Position numbers and translations under genes: made by a program. From a virus (Duplodnaviria; Caudoviricetes), in IMG/VR virus record IMGVR_UViG_3300011438_000017, positions 1 to 40,970 of that record: 40,970 nucleotides of DNA; one strand, given 5' to 3'. The first letter of the stretch is position 1, and each line of letters begins with the position of its first letter. The notes under the pieces were generated by a model, which had not been told where the DNA came from, searched no databases, and saw only the letters and a list, made by a program, of their open reading frames with translations. Of the stretch, positions 1-8,714 are shown one piece after another.

Positions 1-559
1 CGTCGCCCACTCGCTGACAATGGCCGAAAATAATCTTGCTCTCCTGCCCTTTCGGGTGCCCCGTGAACTCGATTTCGTGGTTGGTGATGCCGAACTTCAT
101 CACCTCCGCGTCCATGAAGGCGTTGATCTTCGCGCACTCGCTCCGCGCCTTGTCCAAGTGGTTCCGCCGCAGTTGCTCAAGCTCCCGCCGCATCACAATC
201 GCCCGAAACCCCGGAATCGCGAGGCAGTGCCGATAGGCATCCCACCGTGCCGAGTGGCTCTTCATCCCCCCCGCCGCGCCGCCATACAGCAGGTTCGGCA
301 CTTTCGACGCATGCAGATGCACCGCTTGCGGTCCCGGCAGGTAAAACCACGTCAGCTTGTCCGCATCCCGCCGTTTCAGCCCCACGCCGTACTGATACCG
401 GTCGATCGCGAGGTACCGCCCACACTGCGGCGGCGTCCACTGGCGCAGAAAGGGATACCGGTTGTGCTCCAGCAGCCACTGCCGCCAGTCGTCCTTCACC
501 CACCCGTCCACCGCCGGCCACGCCCCCCCGTCCCGCGGCCGAAACTGAATCGGCTCCAC
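1..559 (-). CDS. terL: Terminase large subunit, N-terminal part (runs off the window edge)
   Basis: Not in the ORF track. My translation from GTG 559: MEPIQFRPRDGGAW...LLYGGAAGGMKSHSARW...AIVMRRELEQLRRNH...SKIIFGHCQ. Walker A-like loop plus typical TerL ATPase motifs, open to base 1. Confidence 0.88.
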   Translation of the reverse strand, partial: MEPIQFRPRDGGAWPAVDGWVKDDWRQWLLEHNRYPFLRQWTPPQCGRYLAIDRYQYGVGLKRRDADKLTWFYLPGPQAVHLHASKVPNLLYGGAAGGMKSHSARWDAYRHCLAIPGFRAIVMRRELEQLRRNHLDKARSECAKINAFMDAEVMKFGITNHEIEFTGHPKGQESKIIFGHCQRVGD

Positions 560-673
560 TCAGCGGCCCTTCTTCGGTCCCGGCGTGCCCGTCGTCAATC
601 GATTCATCAGCCCCTGATACCCCGCTGGTTTCTTCCCCGCGAGGGGCCCCTTACCCCCGCTGGGGCTCGCCAT
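560..673 (-). CDS. Possible 37-aa basic peptide between terS and terL
   Basis: MASPSGGKGPLAGKKPAGYQGLMNRLTTGTPGPKKGR. Its TGA abuts the terL GTG. RBS is weak. Confidence 0.3.
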   Translation of the reverse strand: MASPSGGKGPLAGKKPAGYQGLMNRLTTGTPGPKKGR

Positions 674-1289
674 CTTCGCCGGCCCAGCCTTCACTGCTGA
701 CTTCGCCATCCGTGATCTCCTGCGGCGCCCTCGCGCTCAGAATGCTCGGTCCCACGCTCGCCACCCCCCCACAACTCCCGACCTGCACCGAAATAAACAG
801 CCCGCTCCCACCCTCGCCCCCCACCTTCTTGATCGGCTCCAACACCCCGATATTCGGCCGCGACAGCACGTCAATGTGGTCCGCCGGACTCCCCTTCTCG
901 ACAATGTTCTGCGCCATCGCAAACGCCTGCGTCCGCAAATACCACGTCGCGGCCTTCGTCGTTGGCCTTCGGTACTTGCTCAATAACTTCCAGATCGAGC
1001 CCTCGTGCTTCCCATACCGCTTCGCCACCAGCCGCACCACCTGGCTCGGCATCCGCCCCCGCTCGATCTGATGCAACAACGTATGCACCGCCGCATTTCG
1101 CTGCTCCCGCGTCAGCTTCACCCCAATCCCCCCATGCCCCTTCGGCATCGGATTCTTCGGGTCCGTCACCAGCCCCGTCGTGCTCTTCACCTTCTTCGGG
1201 TGCTCCAGCCGCTTCCGCTTCTTCCACACCCGCTTCGGCTTCGCCGGCAACGCTTCCATCGCGGTCAGGTCGTCGTCCTGTTCGTCCAT
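651..1289 (-). CDS. Putative terminase small subunit
   Basis: 212 aa, basic, with an HTH-like region; directly upstream of terL. Positional inference. Confidence 0.6.
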   Translation of the reverse strand: MDEQDDDLTAMEALPAKPKRVWKKRKRLEHPKKVKSTTGLVTDPKNPMPKGHGGIGVKLTREQRNAAVHTLLHQIERGRMPSQVVRLVAKRYGKHEGSIWKLLSKYRRPTTKAATWYLRTQAFAMAQNIVEKGSPADHIDVLSRPNIGVLEPIKKVGGEGGSGLFISVQVGSCGGVASVGPSILSARAPQEITDGEVSSEGWAGEDGEPQRG

Positions 1290-1404
1290 AAACTTTAAAA
1301 AAATGTCCGGGGTGGGCTAGGCCCCCCGCGCCCTCGTGGGCCGGGATTCCGGCCCATTGCCGCTCCTATGCTTACCCCATAGGGACTCTGGCTTCACCCT
1401 TAAG

Positions 1405-1417
1405 AATCAACAACTTA
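1405..1417 (+). promoter_or_regulatory. IHF-binding consensus site
   Basis: AATCAACAACTTA is an exact match to WATCAANNNNTTR, in an AT-rich patch upstream of terS. Confidence 0.55.
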
Positions 1418-2007
1418 CAGGTTAACATAAGACTGCATATCGGACCTTGCCTTAAAGGTTAGGGTTATCAGCAGCTTTCGCTTTTGCCCCGGCGCTGGGG
1501 GGGCGAAAGTGGGCGGTGCATGGGCTGTGTCGCCGGCCTGGAATTGGGACTGCGCCTGCCTAGTCGCCCGGTGTTTTGAGGGTGTGTCGAGGGTGTATGG
1601 GGGGCGTATTGGCGTGGCTGTGGCGTAGCTCGGTGGCCGGCCATCCTGTGTCGTGGCGGGAGTCTACCGCTGGGGAGTGTCAATATTTTGACACCGGAGT
1701 AGATGATGCGAGGTAGATAGGCGGGTAGGAGGTGTTCGCCCAAGGGGCTCACCGTCGTAGGTCTGCCAGGGCGCAGCCCTAAGCACTCCTACTGAAAGAA
1801 TGTTGCAGATTTCTTTGTGGGAGTCAAATTCTGACCCTGTGGGACCACGTCTGACCACCTCAGTCCTCTTGACGTCCCCTTCTTGAGAATCGGTGTTTTT
1901 TAACGTTCGTGGAAGTACTGATGGCTGAGGCACTTACGAGCCCGTGCGGAAATCCGCTCGTGTTGGTGGTTCTGGAGGTGCGAAATCCTTAGCATTTTCG
2001 CGTCTAC

Positions 2008-2036
2008 TTGACACGTAGCTAGCACTTGGCTATCAT
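2008..2036 (+). promoter_or_regulatory. Sigma70-type promoter for the accessory operon
   Basis: TTGACA-17 nt-TATCAT; the spacer contains CTAGCACTT. Confidence 0.75.
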
Positions 2037-2115
2037 CCGCCTATCACATACATCCTGTATGTGAGACGTGACCTTCTGACGCTGCCGGCGACATGCCGGT
2101 GTAAGCGAGGGTTCA

Positions 2116-2922
2116 ATGACCGTAGCCGCTACCCGCAATGCCCGCAAGCCTCTCAATACCAACGGTGCCATTCTCTGGCAAGGCAAGTCCCGTCTCACCG
2201 GCCTGCCGATTGTCCTCATTGTCACGGGGCTCCGGAAACAGAGCGCGAACAGCAAAACGGGCGATGAACTCCAGACGTGGATTCTCTGCGAGGACGAATC
2301 CCCAATGGCAGCCGTGATGTCCGGTGGGCATCAGTCCATCTGTGGCAAGGGGGCGAAGGGATGCCCGCTGATGGGGATTCGCCTGGACGGCACGTCACAG
2401 GCCATCGGGCGGGAGTGCTACGTCGATGTCGCGAAAGCGCCGGAATCCGTGTGGGGCTGCTACACGCGCGGGGGTTACCGCACCCTGGACGGGTCTGAAT
2501 TGGTCGGGCTCGTGCTCCGGTGTGGCAGCTACGGTGATCCAGCCGCAGTGCCCTTTCACATCTGGGAATCCGCGATGGGCGTGGTGAAGGGCTGGACGGG
2601 CTATACCCGGCAATGGCAATGGTGCGATCAACGCCTGTCGCGCTACCTGATGGCCTCAGTGAGCACCGAAGCCGAAGCACAGCTGGCGATGTCGATGGGG
2701 TGGCGCTACTTCCGCGTCCGTGAACGCGAGCAGGCGTTGGTCGTGGGGCAAGAATTCGCGTGCCCTGCATCGGCCGAAATGGGTCACCGGGTGACCTGTG
2801 AGCAATGCCAGAAGTGCTGCGGCACGTCCTCGCCGGCCCGCAATGTCACGATCATTCGGCACGGCGGCACCGCGCCGAAGGTCACCCCGATGGTGTTTCT
2901 CAAGCGCGAGGTGGCAGCATGA
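2116..2922 (+). CDS. Gp88-like Cys-rich (radical-SAM-like) phage protein
   Basis: Motifs NSKTG, C..CPL..CY, LRCGSYGD, GYT, LMASV, CPAS..TCEQCQKC. Confidence 0.7.
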   Translation: MTVAATRNARKPLNTNGAILWQGKSRLTGLPIVLIVTGLRKQSANSKTGDELQTWILCEDESPMAAVMSGGHQSICGKGAKGCPLMGIRLDGTSQAIGRECYVDVAKAPESVWGCYTRGGYRTLDGSELVGLVLRCGSYGDPAAVPFHIWESAMGVVKGWTGYTRQWQWCDQRLSRYLMASVSTEAEAQLAMSMGWRYFRVREREQALVVGQEFACPASAEMGHRVTCEQCQKCCGTSSPARNVTIIRHGGTAPKVTPMVFLKREVAA

Positions 2923-3164
2923 ACACCACACCCACGCCACACGGTCCGGCCACCCTGTTTGAAGTCTACGTGATGGGTGAGGATGGCTACGAGGACGCGT
3001 TCCCTACTCTGAAGGCCGCACAGGCGTATATCCGTGCGTCACGGTTTTGGGACGCACATATCCGCGGCGTACGCCAAACGTTCCGATGTGAAACCTGTGG
3101 CGACTATGGCACAGGTCCGTGCGAGCACTGCGGCACCAATCGCCCTACTGGGGAAGCGCAATGA
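2919..3164 (+). CDS. Hypothetical protein with C-terminal Zn ribbon
   Basis: ATGA overlap and GAGG RBS; CETC...CEHC. Confidence 0.7.
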   Translation: MNTTPTPHGPATLFEVYVMGEDGYEDAFPTLKAAQAYIRASRFWDAHIRGVRQTFRCETCGDYGTGPCEHCGTNRPTGEAQ

Positions 3165-3235
3165 TCGCGCTGTGCCTCTCGTGGCTGACGTTCGGCTTGG
3201 TCGGGCTCTACCTCAGTACCCGGAGGGCGTTATGA
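3161..3235 (+). CDS. 24-aa hydrophobic peptide
   Basis: MIALCLSWLTFGLVGLYLSTRRAL; ATGA overlaps on both sides. Confidence 0.5.
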   Translation: MIALCLSWLTFGLVGLYLSTRRAL

Positions 3236-3432
3236 CGAAGACAGGGACGTATCTCGTCTCATCAGACGATGTGATTCTCGCGACACTCCCGACACAACGT
3301 GCCGTAGCGGCGTGGGTGCGTGAGCATCTACAGGATGGGATGGTCGATGTGGAATGGCTAGACGAAACCGGGCAGCACTTGATTTACACCCTGGAATTCA
3401 TCGGGGCTCAGTGGCGTCGATCGAACGTTTAA
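3232..3432 (+). CDS. Hypothetical protein
   Basis: GGAGG RBS; MTKTGTYLVSS..., 66 aa. Confidence 0.7.
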   Translation: MTKTGTYLVSSDDVILATLPTQRAVAAWVREHLQDGMVDVEWLDETGQHLIYTLEFIGAQWRRSNV

Positions 3433-3450
3433 CTCTTTGGAGCGCACCCC

Positions 3451-3672
3451 ATGAAAACCTACCGCACTAAAACCGGGCTGACCCAACGCCTGCAAGCGTT
3501 CACCACCTTGCAACGGGCGATTCTCGCGGACGAAGGCACAGGATTTTGCCTCGCCTGCGGGAAATCCCAAACCTACGTCGAACCGGACGCGAAACGCTAC
3601 CGCTGTGTGTCCTGTGACCAACCGAAGGTCTACGGCGCCGAGCAATTGCTCTTGATGGGGCTCCACTACTAA
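3451..3672 (+). CDS. Small Zn-ribbon protein
   Basis: GFCLACG..VEPDA..YRCVSC..VYG; GGAG RBS. Confidence 0.8.
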   Translation: MKTYRTKTGLTQRLQAFTTLQRAILADEGTGFCLACGKSQTYVEPDAKRYRCVSCDQPKVYGAEQLLLMGLHY

Positions 3673-3699
3673 CCACACCTCGCGATCGATCGGCACCCT

Positions 3700-3742
3700 G
3701 GAAACCCACGCCGGCCCCTGGCTAGGCGTGGGATTCCCTTTT
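3700..3742 (+). terminator. Intrinsic terminator or attenuator
   Basis: GGAAACCCACGCC pairs with GGCGTGGGATTCC, followed by CTTTT. Confidence 0.55.
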
Positions 3743-3757
3743 GGAGAGCACACCTCT

Positions 3758-3904
3758 ATGCCTTCGTACATCATTCGCAACATCGATCCGGCCACTTGGG
3801 AAAAGGTCAAGGCGCAAGCGGCGAAAGAGGGGCACCCCTTGCGATGGGTGCTCTTGCGTCTCATTGACGCGTACGCCACAAAGGGAGATGCCATCCTGAA
3901 ATAG
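3758..3904 (+). CDS. Arc/FitA-like ribbon-helix-helix protein
   Basis: Below the ORF-track cutoff. MPSYIIRNIDPATWEKVKAQAAKEGHPLRWVLLRLIDAY...; GGAG RBS. Confidence 0.8.
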   Translation: MPSYIIRNIDPATWEKVKAQAAKEGHPLRWVLLRLIDAYATKGDAILK

Positions 3905-4281
3905 AACCTTGGCTGAGAACTGACCGACGAATCGGGCCGGCATTCTACTCAGGGTGTCGGCCCGAAGGCGCATACGTGTAGCTCTCGCCCGATGGGCGCA
4001 CGCGCACCCGTCTATCCGCGGGCCGCACGGCCGCCGCTGGGGAGACGCGCACGCGCACATCCGTCCAGCGGCCACGGGAAAATAGGGCGAATCCGAGCGG
4101 CCTTCGGAAATTCCAAGCGGCCTGACATCGCCGGCCCCTGGCGGGACGGATCTCCCGGCTCCTGCGCCAGAGCCCTCCCCCTGTCAGATTCCGCCACACG
4201 GGAAAATAGGAATGTCTGGGTGGCCGGTCGATGTTTCCCACCGGCCAGAAAAGCTCTCGGCGGGACCGCCGCGGAGGCCGG

Positions 4282-4500
4282 CTAGCTCCGCAGCCCGAAC
4301 AGCTTGAGCAAGGCCGCACGCCGCACGCGGAGGATTCGCCCCGACCGGGCGATGTCCGTGCTCGGAAGCTGGGGCAGGCGTCGGCGGATCGTCTTCACGC
4401 TGACCTGCACGATCAGGGCGCACTGCGCCACGGTCAGGCAGTCCTGGCTGAAGGCGTGCTGGAGCCGTTCACGGGTGGAGAGCGGGACGTCGCTTCTCAT
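4282..4500 (-). CDS. Excisionase-like (HTH_17) DNA-binding protein
   Basis: LTVAQCALIVQVSVKTIRR...GRILRVRR; last gene of the early operon; ATGA overlap. Confidence 0.75.
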   Translation of the reverse strand: MRSDVPLSTRERLQHAFSQDCLTVAQCALIVQVSVKTIRRRLPQLPSTDIARSGRILRVRRAALLKLFGLRS

Positions 4501-5114
4501 GGCTGGGTGATCACCTGTCGGTAGTAGGTGGGCTGTGGGAAAATCCTGGCACAGTTGCCGTTCTGACACACAAATCCAGCCTCTTCTACGAAGTCGGGGT
4601 TGTGGCACCCGCACTGTGGGCAGGCTGGCACGGGAGGGCCGAGAGAGGCGTCCATGCACGTCAGGCACACGAGTTGGTGATCACCGGTAGGATGCTCCAC
4701 GCACCGCTCCTGCTCGACGGCGTGGAGGCGGGAGAGGAGGCGTTCGACCTTCTGATGCAGCGGCTTCGTGACGATGTCCATGTCGTATTGTGAGAATTGC
4801 TTCAACGTGTCTCGACGGTGCTTATCTTCATCGACTGTGGCGTGTTCGGCGCAGGCTTGCGTGATCACCCAACTGGTCTGCCCCGCGTTGCCGGTCATCC
4901 GCACCGCCAGTTCAGCGCGGTCATTCGCCACCACCTCTCCCAGTGCCAGCCGTCCGAAGTGGGCAGCGAGACGAGCACGGACGTATGCGTTGCCAGCCTC
5001 CACATCCCCGACAGGATTACCCTCGTAGCATTGATGCGCGGCATCTGCGGCTCTCCTGCCTTCACGGTTCCCGTTGAGCCGATACCACGCCTGTCTGCGC
5101 TCATCAGGGGTCAT
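4497..5114 (-). CDS. Hypothetical protein, Cys-rich C-terminus
   Basis: 205-aa ORF coupled to its neighbours by ATGA overlaps. Confidence 0.7.
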   Translation of the reverse strand: MTPDERRQAWYRLNGNREGRRAADAAHQCYEGNPVGDVEAGNAYVRARLAAHFGRLALGEVVANDRAELAVRMTGNAGQTSWVITQACAEHATVDEDKHRRDTLKQFSQYDMDIVTKPLHQKVERLLSRLHAVEQERCVEHPTGDHQLVCLTCMDASLGPPVPACPQCGCHNPDFVEEAGFVCQNGNCARIFPQPTYYRQVITQP

Positions 5115-5347
5115 GCCGCCACCTTCCTTCTTAGTCCATAAAACAACCCCAGCGCCACCGTGCCCCGCAACGGGGCGGGAATCCGCGCATGCACCACTGG
5201 CACCCCCTTCGGCGGCCTAGGTGCCCACAGGATCAGGTCGCGCTTCGCCGCCTGCCGTGCCCGCCAGTGCCGGTTGTTCAGCCGCTGGTTCACGAGTCGG
5301 CGTTCATAGGCCGCCGTGCCTCTGACGTACCGGGCTTGGATGCTCAT
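5111..5347 (-). CDS. Hypothetical basic protein
   Basis: MSIQARYV..., GGAG RBS, ATGA overlap. Confidence 0.6.
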   Translation of the reverse strand: MSIQARYVRGTAAYERRLVNQRLNNRHWRARQAAKRDLILWAPRPPKGVPVVHARIPAPLRGTVALGLFYGLRRKVAA

Positions 5348-5559
5348 TCCGCTTGACTCCTTAGATCCGCCTGTGCCTTTTGGGCGCGGAGGGCCGCATA
5401 CCGGGGTTGCTGGCGCACCAGCGGCGTCTGACACCGCGGACAGGCGCCGTAGCCGTCCTCCACCCACAGCCGCCTCGTCGTGAACGGACACCGGGAACAT
5501 TGCAGCTTCAGGTGGCGGCCGGCCTCGCCCCAGCGCGACAGCCCGTGATGGCTGCTCAT
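5344..5559 (-). CDS. Zn-ribbon protein
   Basis: CSRC...CPRC. Confidence 0.65.
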   Translation of the reverse strand: MSSHHGLSRWGEAGRHLKLQCSRCPFTTRRLWVEDGYGACPRCQTPLVRQQPRYAALRAQKAQADLRSQAE

Positions 5560-5562
5560 CGC

Positions 5563-5895
5563 TCAGGCCGCCGCCTTCAACGCCTGCTCGATGAGGTGTA
5601 GGGCCTTGCCTGACCGCACCATATCCGTCGTCACCCGCATCACGCGCCAGCCGTGGATCGCCGCGATGCTGAACTTCTCGCAGTCGGTCTGAATCCCAGA
5701 GCCCCGAGAATGTCGCCCGTTGACCCACACGGCGCCATCGACTTCAAGGGCCAGCTTCCTATCCGGCCACGCCCAATCGAATCGGAAACGCCGTTCTGGG
5801 CACACACGGTGCTCTGGGACGGGTGCCTCTAACTTGGCGTAGACGATCTGCTGGATCAGCGTCAACTGAACCTGCGCCTTGCCCCACCTTGCCAT
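5563..5895 (-). CDS. Vsr/DUF559-like PD-(D/E)xK endonuclease
   Basis: EHRVCPERRFRFDWAWPDRKLALEVDG...D.EK..AAIHGWRV. Confidence 0.85.
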   Translation of the reverse strand: MARWGKAQVQLTLIQQIVYAKLEAPVPEHRVCPERRFRFDWAWPDRKLALEVDGAVWVNGRHSRGSGIQTDCEKFSIAAIHGWRVMRVTTDMVRSGKALHLIEQALKAAA

Positions 5896-5992
5896 CAGCC
5901 CTTCGCCTCTAAGGCGGCACGAGCGCCGTACGAGCACGCGAGCGCCCCGCTTCTGGTCGTGTTCGGCTTCACGGCTGGTGTGGGCTTCGGCT

Positions 5993-6838
5993 TCATGCCG
6001 TCGCCCTGTTCGCTTCCAAGATCGACCGCTGGTGACACCGAAACTGCGTCGTCCCTGCCTCACACGGGGGGTCATGCAGACACTCCCAGCTTGAGACGGG
6101 CATCGGGTTCGCGCCACCGTCCGGCCGCACGCCACGCTTCGGCTCGTCGTCCCACCGGCCTTGATGCAGCCAGGTCGCAGGGTTCGGGATGTAGCGGCCA
6201 CCATCACGGGTCCAGTCCGGCCATCTGACCTGAATCTGGACCGCGGCGAGGATGAGGTCCGCGAACGTCTGGCTCGGCTTCAGCCGTCGCCACTCCTGCC
6301 ACGCGGCCTTCTTGCCTTTCTTCGACGGGTAGAGCGCCCAGAACCGATCGAAGCCTTCGTCACGGTCCTCTGCCGGATCGTTCGGCCGCGTGTTTGTCTT
6401 CTCTTCTGGAAACGAAGACGGAAACGAAGACGAAGAGCCATTTTTCGCCATTGGCGAATCAGTGGCGACACCAATAGGGTCGCTATGGCGAGCCCATCGC
6501 TTCTGTGCACCACGTAACCCACTCGTACGCTGTGACTTGGAGTAGTCCAGTTGCTTCTTCTGTTCGTGCATCAACCTGGGATGCACCAGACGGCCAACTT
6601 TATTGGAGAGAAACGACGGCGACACGAGCGGCCAGATCGTCGCGAACTCAGCGTCATCCACCCCCGATAATTTCGCGAGGATCGCGAGGTCGTTCGGCAG
6701 CGAGTCCGACAGCCAGCAGTGGCAGAGCAAGCGGATGTAGACACCCGCCGCCGCCGCCGACATGGCGATCTGCCGCTCGCTCGTGAGGAAGTCTTTCGGG
6801 TAGAACCGGAAGGCTGGAGCCTTGGTCGGCTTGGGCAT
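5993..6838 (-). CDS. DUF1376 (YdaU-like) phage replication initiator
   Basis: N-terminal PAFRFYPKDFL..MS...GVYIRLLC..W; C-terminal FDRFWALYP..KGK...YIPNPATWL. Confidence 0.85.
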   Translation of the reverse strand: MPKPTKAPAFRFYPKDFLTSERQIAMSAAAAGVYIRLLCHCWLSDSLPNDLAILAKLSGVDDAEFATIWPLVSPSFLSNKVGRLVHPRLMHEQKKQLDYSKSQRTSGLRGAQKRWARHSDPIGVATDSPMAKNGSSSSFPSSFPEEKTNTRPNDPAEDRDEGFDRFWALYPSKKGKKAAWQEWRRLKPSQTFADLILAAVQIQVRWPDWTRDGGRYIPNPATWLHQGRWDDEPKRGVRPDGGANPMPVSSWECLHDPPCEAGTTQFRCHQRSILEANRATA

Positions 6839-7885
6839 TTACTGACCTTCTACGTCGAGGATGCGACGGGCGATCCATTCCGTGATCTGCGGGACAACCG
6901 CGTTGCCCAGGCTACGCAGACGGTCCACTCGAGCGGGTACCCCATGAGCCACTCGACAAAAACCGGATTCAGGCTCCCACTCGCGCCACTGTCCGGTTGT
7001 TGTCGTGAAGATTCGTGGACTACGCGCCCCAGTAGCCCGTTCGTCGGGACATTCACACACGCCTGAGCGGAGCCGTCCTTGTGATCCCGACTCGTGGGAG
7101 TCGGCCACATCTTCACCGCCGAGTGCAACGTGTCCGGTTGGCCGCGATGGCGTCCGCTGTCGTGCTCCGCTCGTGGCGTTGTCTTCACCTGATCGCGGAG
7201 ATAGACGCAGTGGCCGTTCTGCTCTCGCTTCCGCGAATCCTGACCGCCGCCGTTGCCCTCTCCTGCTTACTGGGTACGCCACAATCCAGACTCGGTCGCG
7301 TCGGTGACGGGCGCCAAAGGCGAACGCAGGTAAGCAATCCCATTCCGCGTCATACCCGCACGCGGCCAGGTCTCCGAGAACCGTTCCAAAGAACCGTCCA
7401 GCGTCACTTGAGAGTAGCCCTGGCACGTTTTCCGCCACGACCCATCGTGGTCGTAGCTCGCGAATGAGACGGGCGTACTCGGGCCAGAGGTCGCGGTCAT
7501 CGGCGGATCCGCCACGGCGGCCGGCGAGTGAGTGGGGCTGGCAGGGAAATCCTCCGCAGAGAACATCGGCGGTTGGGAGACAGGTTCCACAATCGGCGTG
7601 GCCCAAAGCGTGATCCAATCGGTCAAGGTGTCGCCCGCGTGGATGCCGGTTGGCGGAATCCTGAGCCGTCGCGCCGTGTAGTTCCGCGCACTCTTCGCGT
7701 CTCCCACAGTGGGCGTTAGAATGAGCCGTTCGGACATCCTCGTAGCGCCTCACCGCCGGCCAGTGCTTGGCGAGCACCGCTCGGCAAAACGGATCAATTT
7801 CAACCTGCCACTTGATCTCAAACCCTGCTCGCTCAAACCCCAGATCGAAGCCGCCGATACCAGCGAACAGGCTTCCGACCGTCAC
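6839..7885 (-). CDS. dcm: C5-cytosine DNA methyltransferase, alpha chain
   Basis: Motifs I (LFAGIGG), IV (GGFPCQ), VI (ENV), VIII (HRRDRVW) and X (LGNAVVP). Start placed at the GTGA overlap. Confidence 0.92.
   Translation of the reverse strand: MTVGSLFAGIGGFDLGFERAGFEIKWQVEIDPFCRAVLAKHWPAVRRYEDVRTAHSNAHCGRREECAELHGATAQDSANRHPRGRHLDRLDHALGHADCGTCLPTADVLCGGFPCQPHSLAGRRGGSADDRDLWPEYARLIRELRPRWVVAENVPGLLSSDAGRFFGTVLGDLAACGYDAEWDCLPAFAFGARHRRDRVWIVAYPVSRRGQRRRSGFAEARAERPLRLSPRSGEDNATSGARQRTPSRPTGHVALGGEDVADSHESGSQGRLRSGVCECPDERATGARSPRIFTTTTGQWREWEPESGFCRVAHGVPARVDRLRSLGNAVVPQITEWIARRILDVEGQ
6850..7737 (-). other. Nested alternative-frame beta chain of the MTase, interrupted by a TAA at 7267-7269
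   Basis: ORFs 7267-7737 and 6850-7188 are in the same frame. The latter carries motif IX-like LNPVFVEWLMGYPLEWT, which the main frame lacks. Confidence 0.7.
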
Positions 7886-8184
7886 GTCTTCCGCCACCGG
7901 CACACCTTCGTGTGTGCGCCCTGCACCGTATCTGCGTAGACCACGAGCCCCTTCACCATCAACCCGGCTCGTCGTGCGCTGATCCTGGCTTCCGGTAGAC
8001 CGAGCCGTGCCGCCATCTCGGTATCCGTCAGCGGGCCGTATGTGGCGTAGGCCGCGAGCAGCCGACTCGCTTGGCTCCCGGCCTTCACCGTCGCCACCTG
8101 TGCGCCTCTGAGGGACGCCTGACGGCTGCTCACGGTCTTCCCGCCGAAGGGGAGCGGCACAGGAACGGCGTCGAGGTAGGGCAT
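7882..8184 (-). CDS. Winged-helix DNA-binding protein
   Basis: PLTDTEMAARLGL....ISARRAGLMVKGLV; AGGAG RBS. Confidence 0.75.
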   Translation of the reverse strand: MPYLDAVPVPLPFGGKTVSSRQASLRGAQVATVKAGSQASRLLAAYATYGPLTDTEMAARLGLPEARISARRAGLMVKGLVVYADTVQGAHTKVCRWRKT

Positions 8185-8188
8185 GGCT

Positions 8189-8311
8189 TTAACTCCTTCG
8201 CATCCGCTGCCACCAGGCACGGCATCGGGCCAGCCATGACAGTGGAGGGGCCACCGGCTTGAACAGTTGTTGGTACGCCCACACGCGACCACGACAGTCT
8301 GCAAGGCTCAT
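8189..8311 (-). CDS. Small hypothetical protein (40 aa)
   Basis: ATGA overlap and GAGG RBS; fills the operon gap. Confidence 0.45.
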   Translation of the reverse strand: MSLADCRGRVWAYQQLFKPVAPPLSWLARCRAWWQRMRRS

Positions 8312-8712
8312 GCGGCCACCTCGTTCGCATTCGGGATGTAGACGCCGAGCGCCGCGCCGAACCGCATGCACGCATCGACGTAGTCCGCAAACTCCTTGCT
8401 GTCCGTCTCCGGGGTGTGCGTTCGCCGCGGCGAGCCCGTGACCGGGTCGTCCGCGATGCGAAGAAACCGCATCGCCAGGAGTTCGTGCATCTCGTCCTTC
8501 TCGTAGCCGCAATACGCCGCGAGCAACGGCACCACGACCCCGAAGTAGAACCGGTTGGCTTGGCGGCTGCGTTGGTGCCGATGGACGCGCACCGTGACGT
8601 CCACCGGTTTCCCGGCAAGACTCTGAAGCTGCCGCGTGAGCACCCCCCGCGCCACCTCAGAGAGTTCGAGCTTCCCCGCCTCGTTCACGACGCCGCGGAT
8701 GATCGGGACCAT
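8308..8712 (-). CDS. NinB-like protein
   Basis: RSRQANRFYFGVV...GYEKDEMHE...KEFADYVD...LGVYIP. Confidence 0.75.
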   Translation of the reverse strand: MVPIIRGVVNEAGKLELSEVARGVLTRQLQSLAGKPVDVTVRVHRHQRSRQANRFYFGVVVPLLAAYCGYEKDEMHELLAMRFLRIADDPVTGSPRRTHTPETDSKEFADYVDACMRFGAALGVYIPNANEVAA

Positions 8713-8714
8713 GA

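Noticed and set aside
20-1071. Plus-strand ORFs 20-700 and 247-1071
   Set aside because: Antisense to terL and terS; terL is missing from the track only because it runs off the edge.
1483-1510. Extra integrase arm site (TTTGCCCC) near terS
   Set aside because: A single 8-mer 13 kb from attP is compatible with chance.
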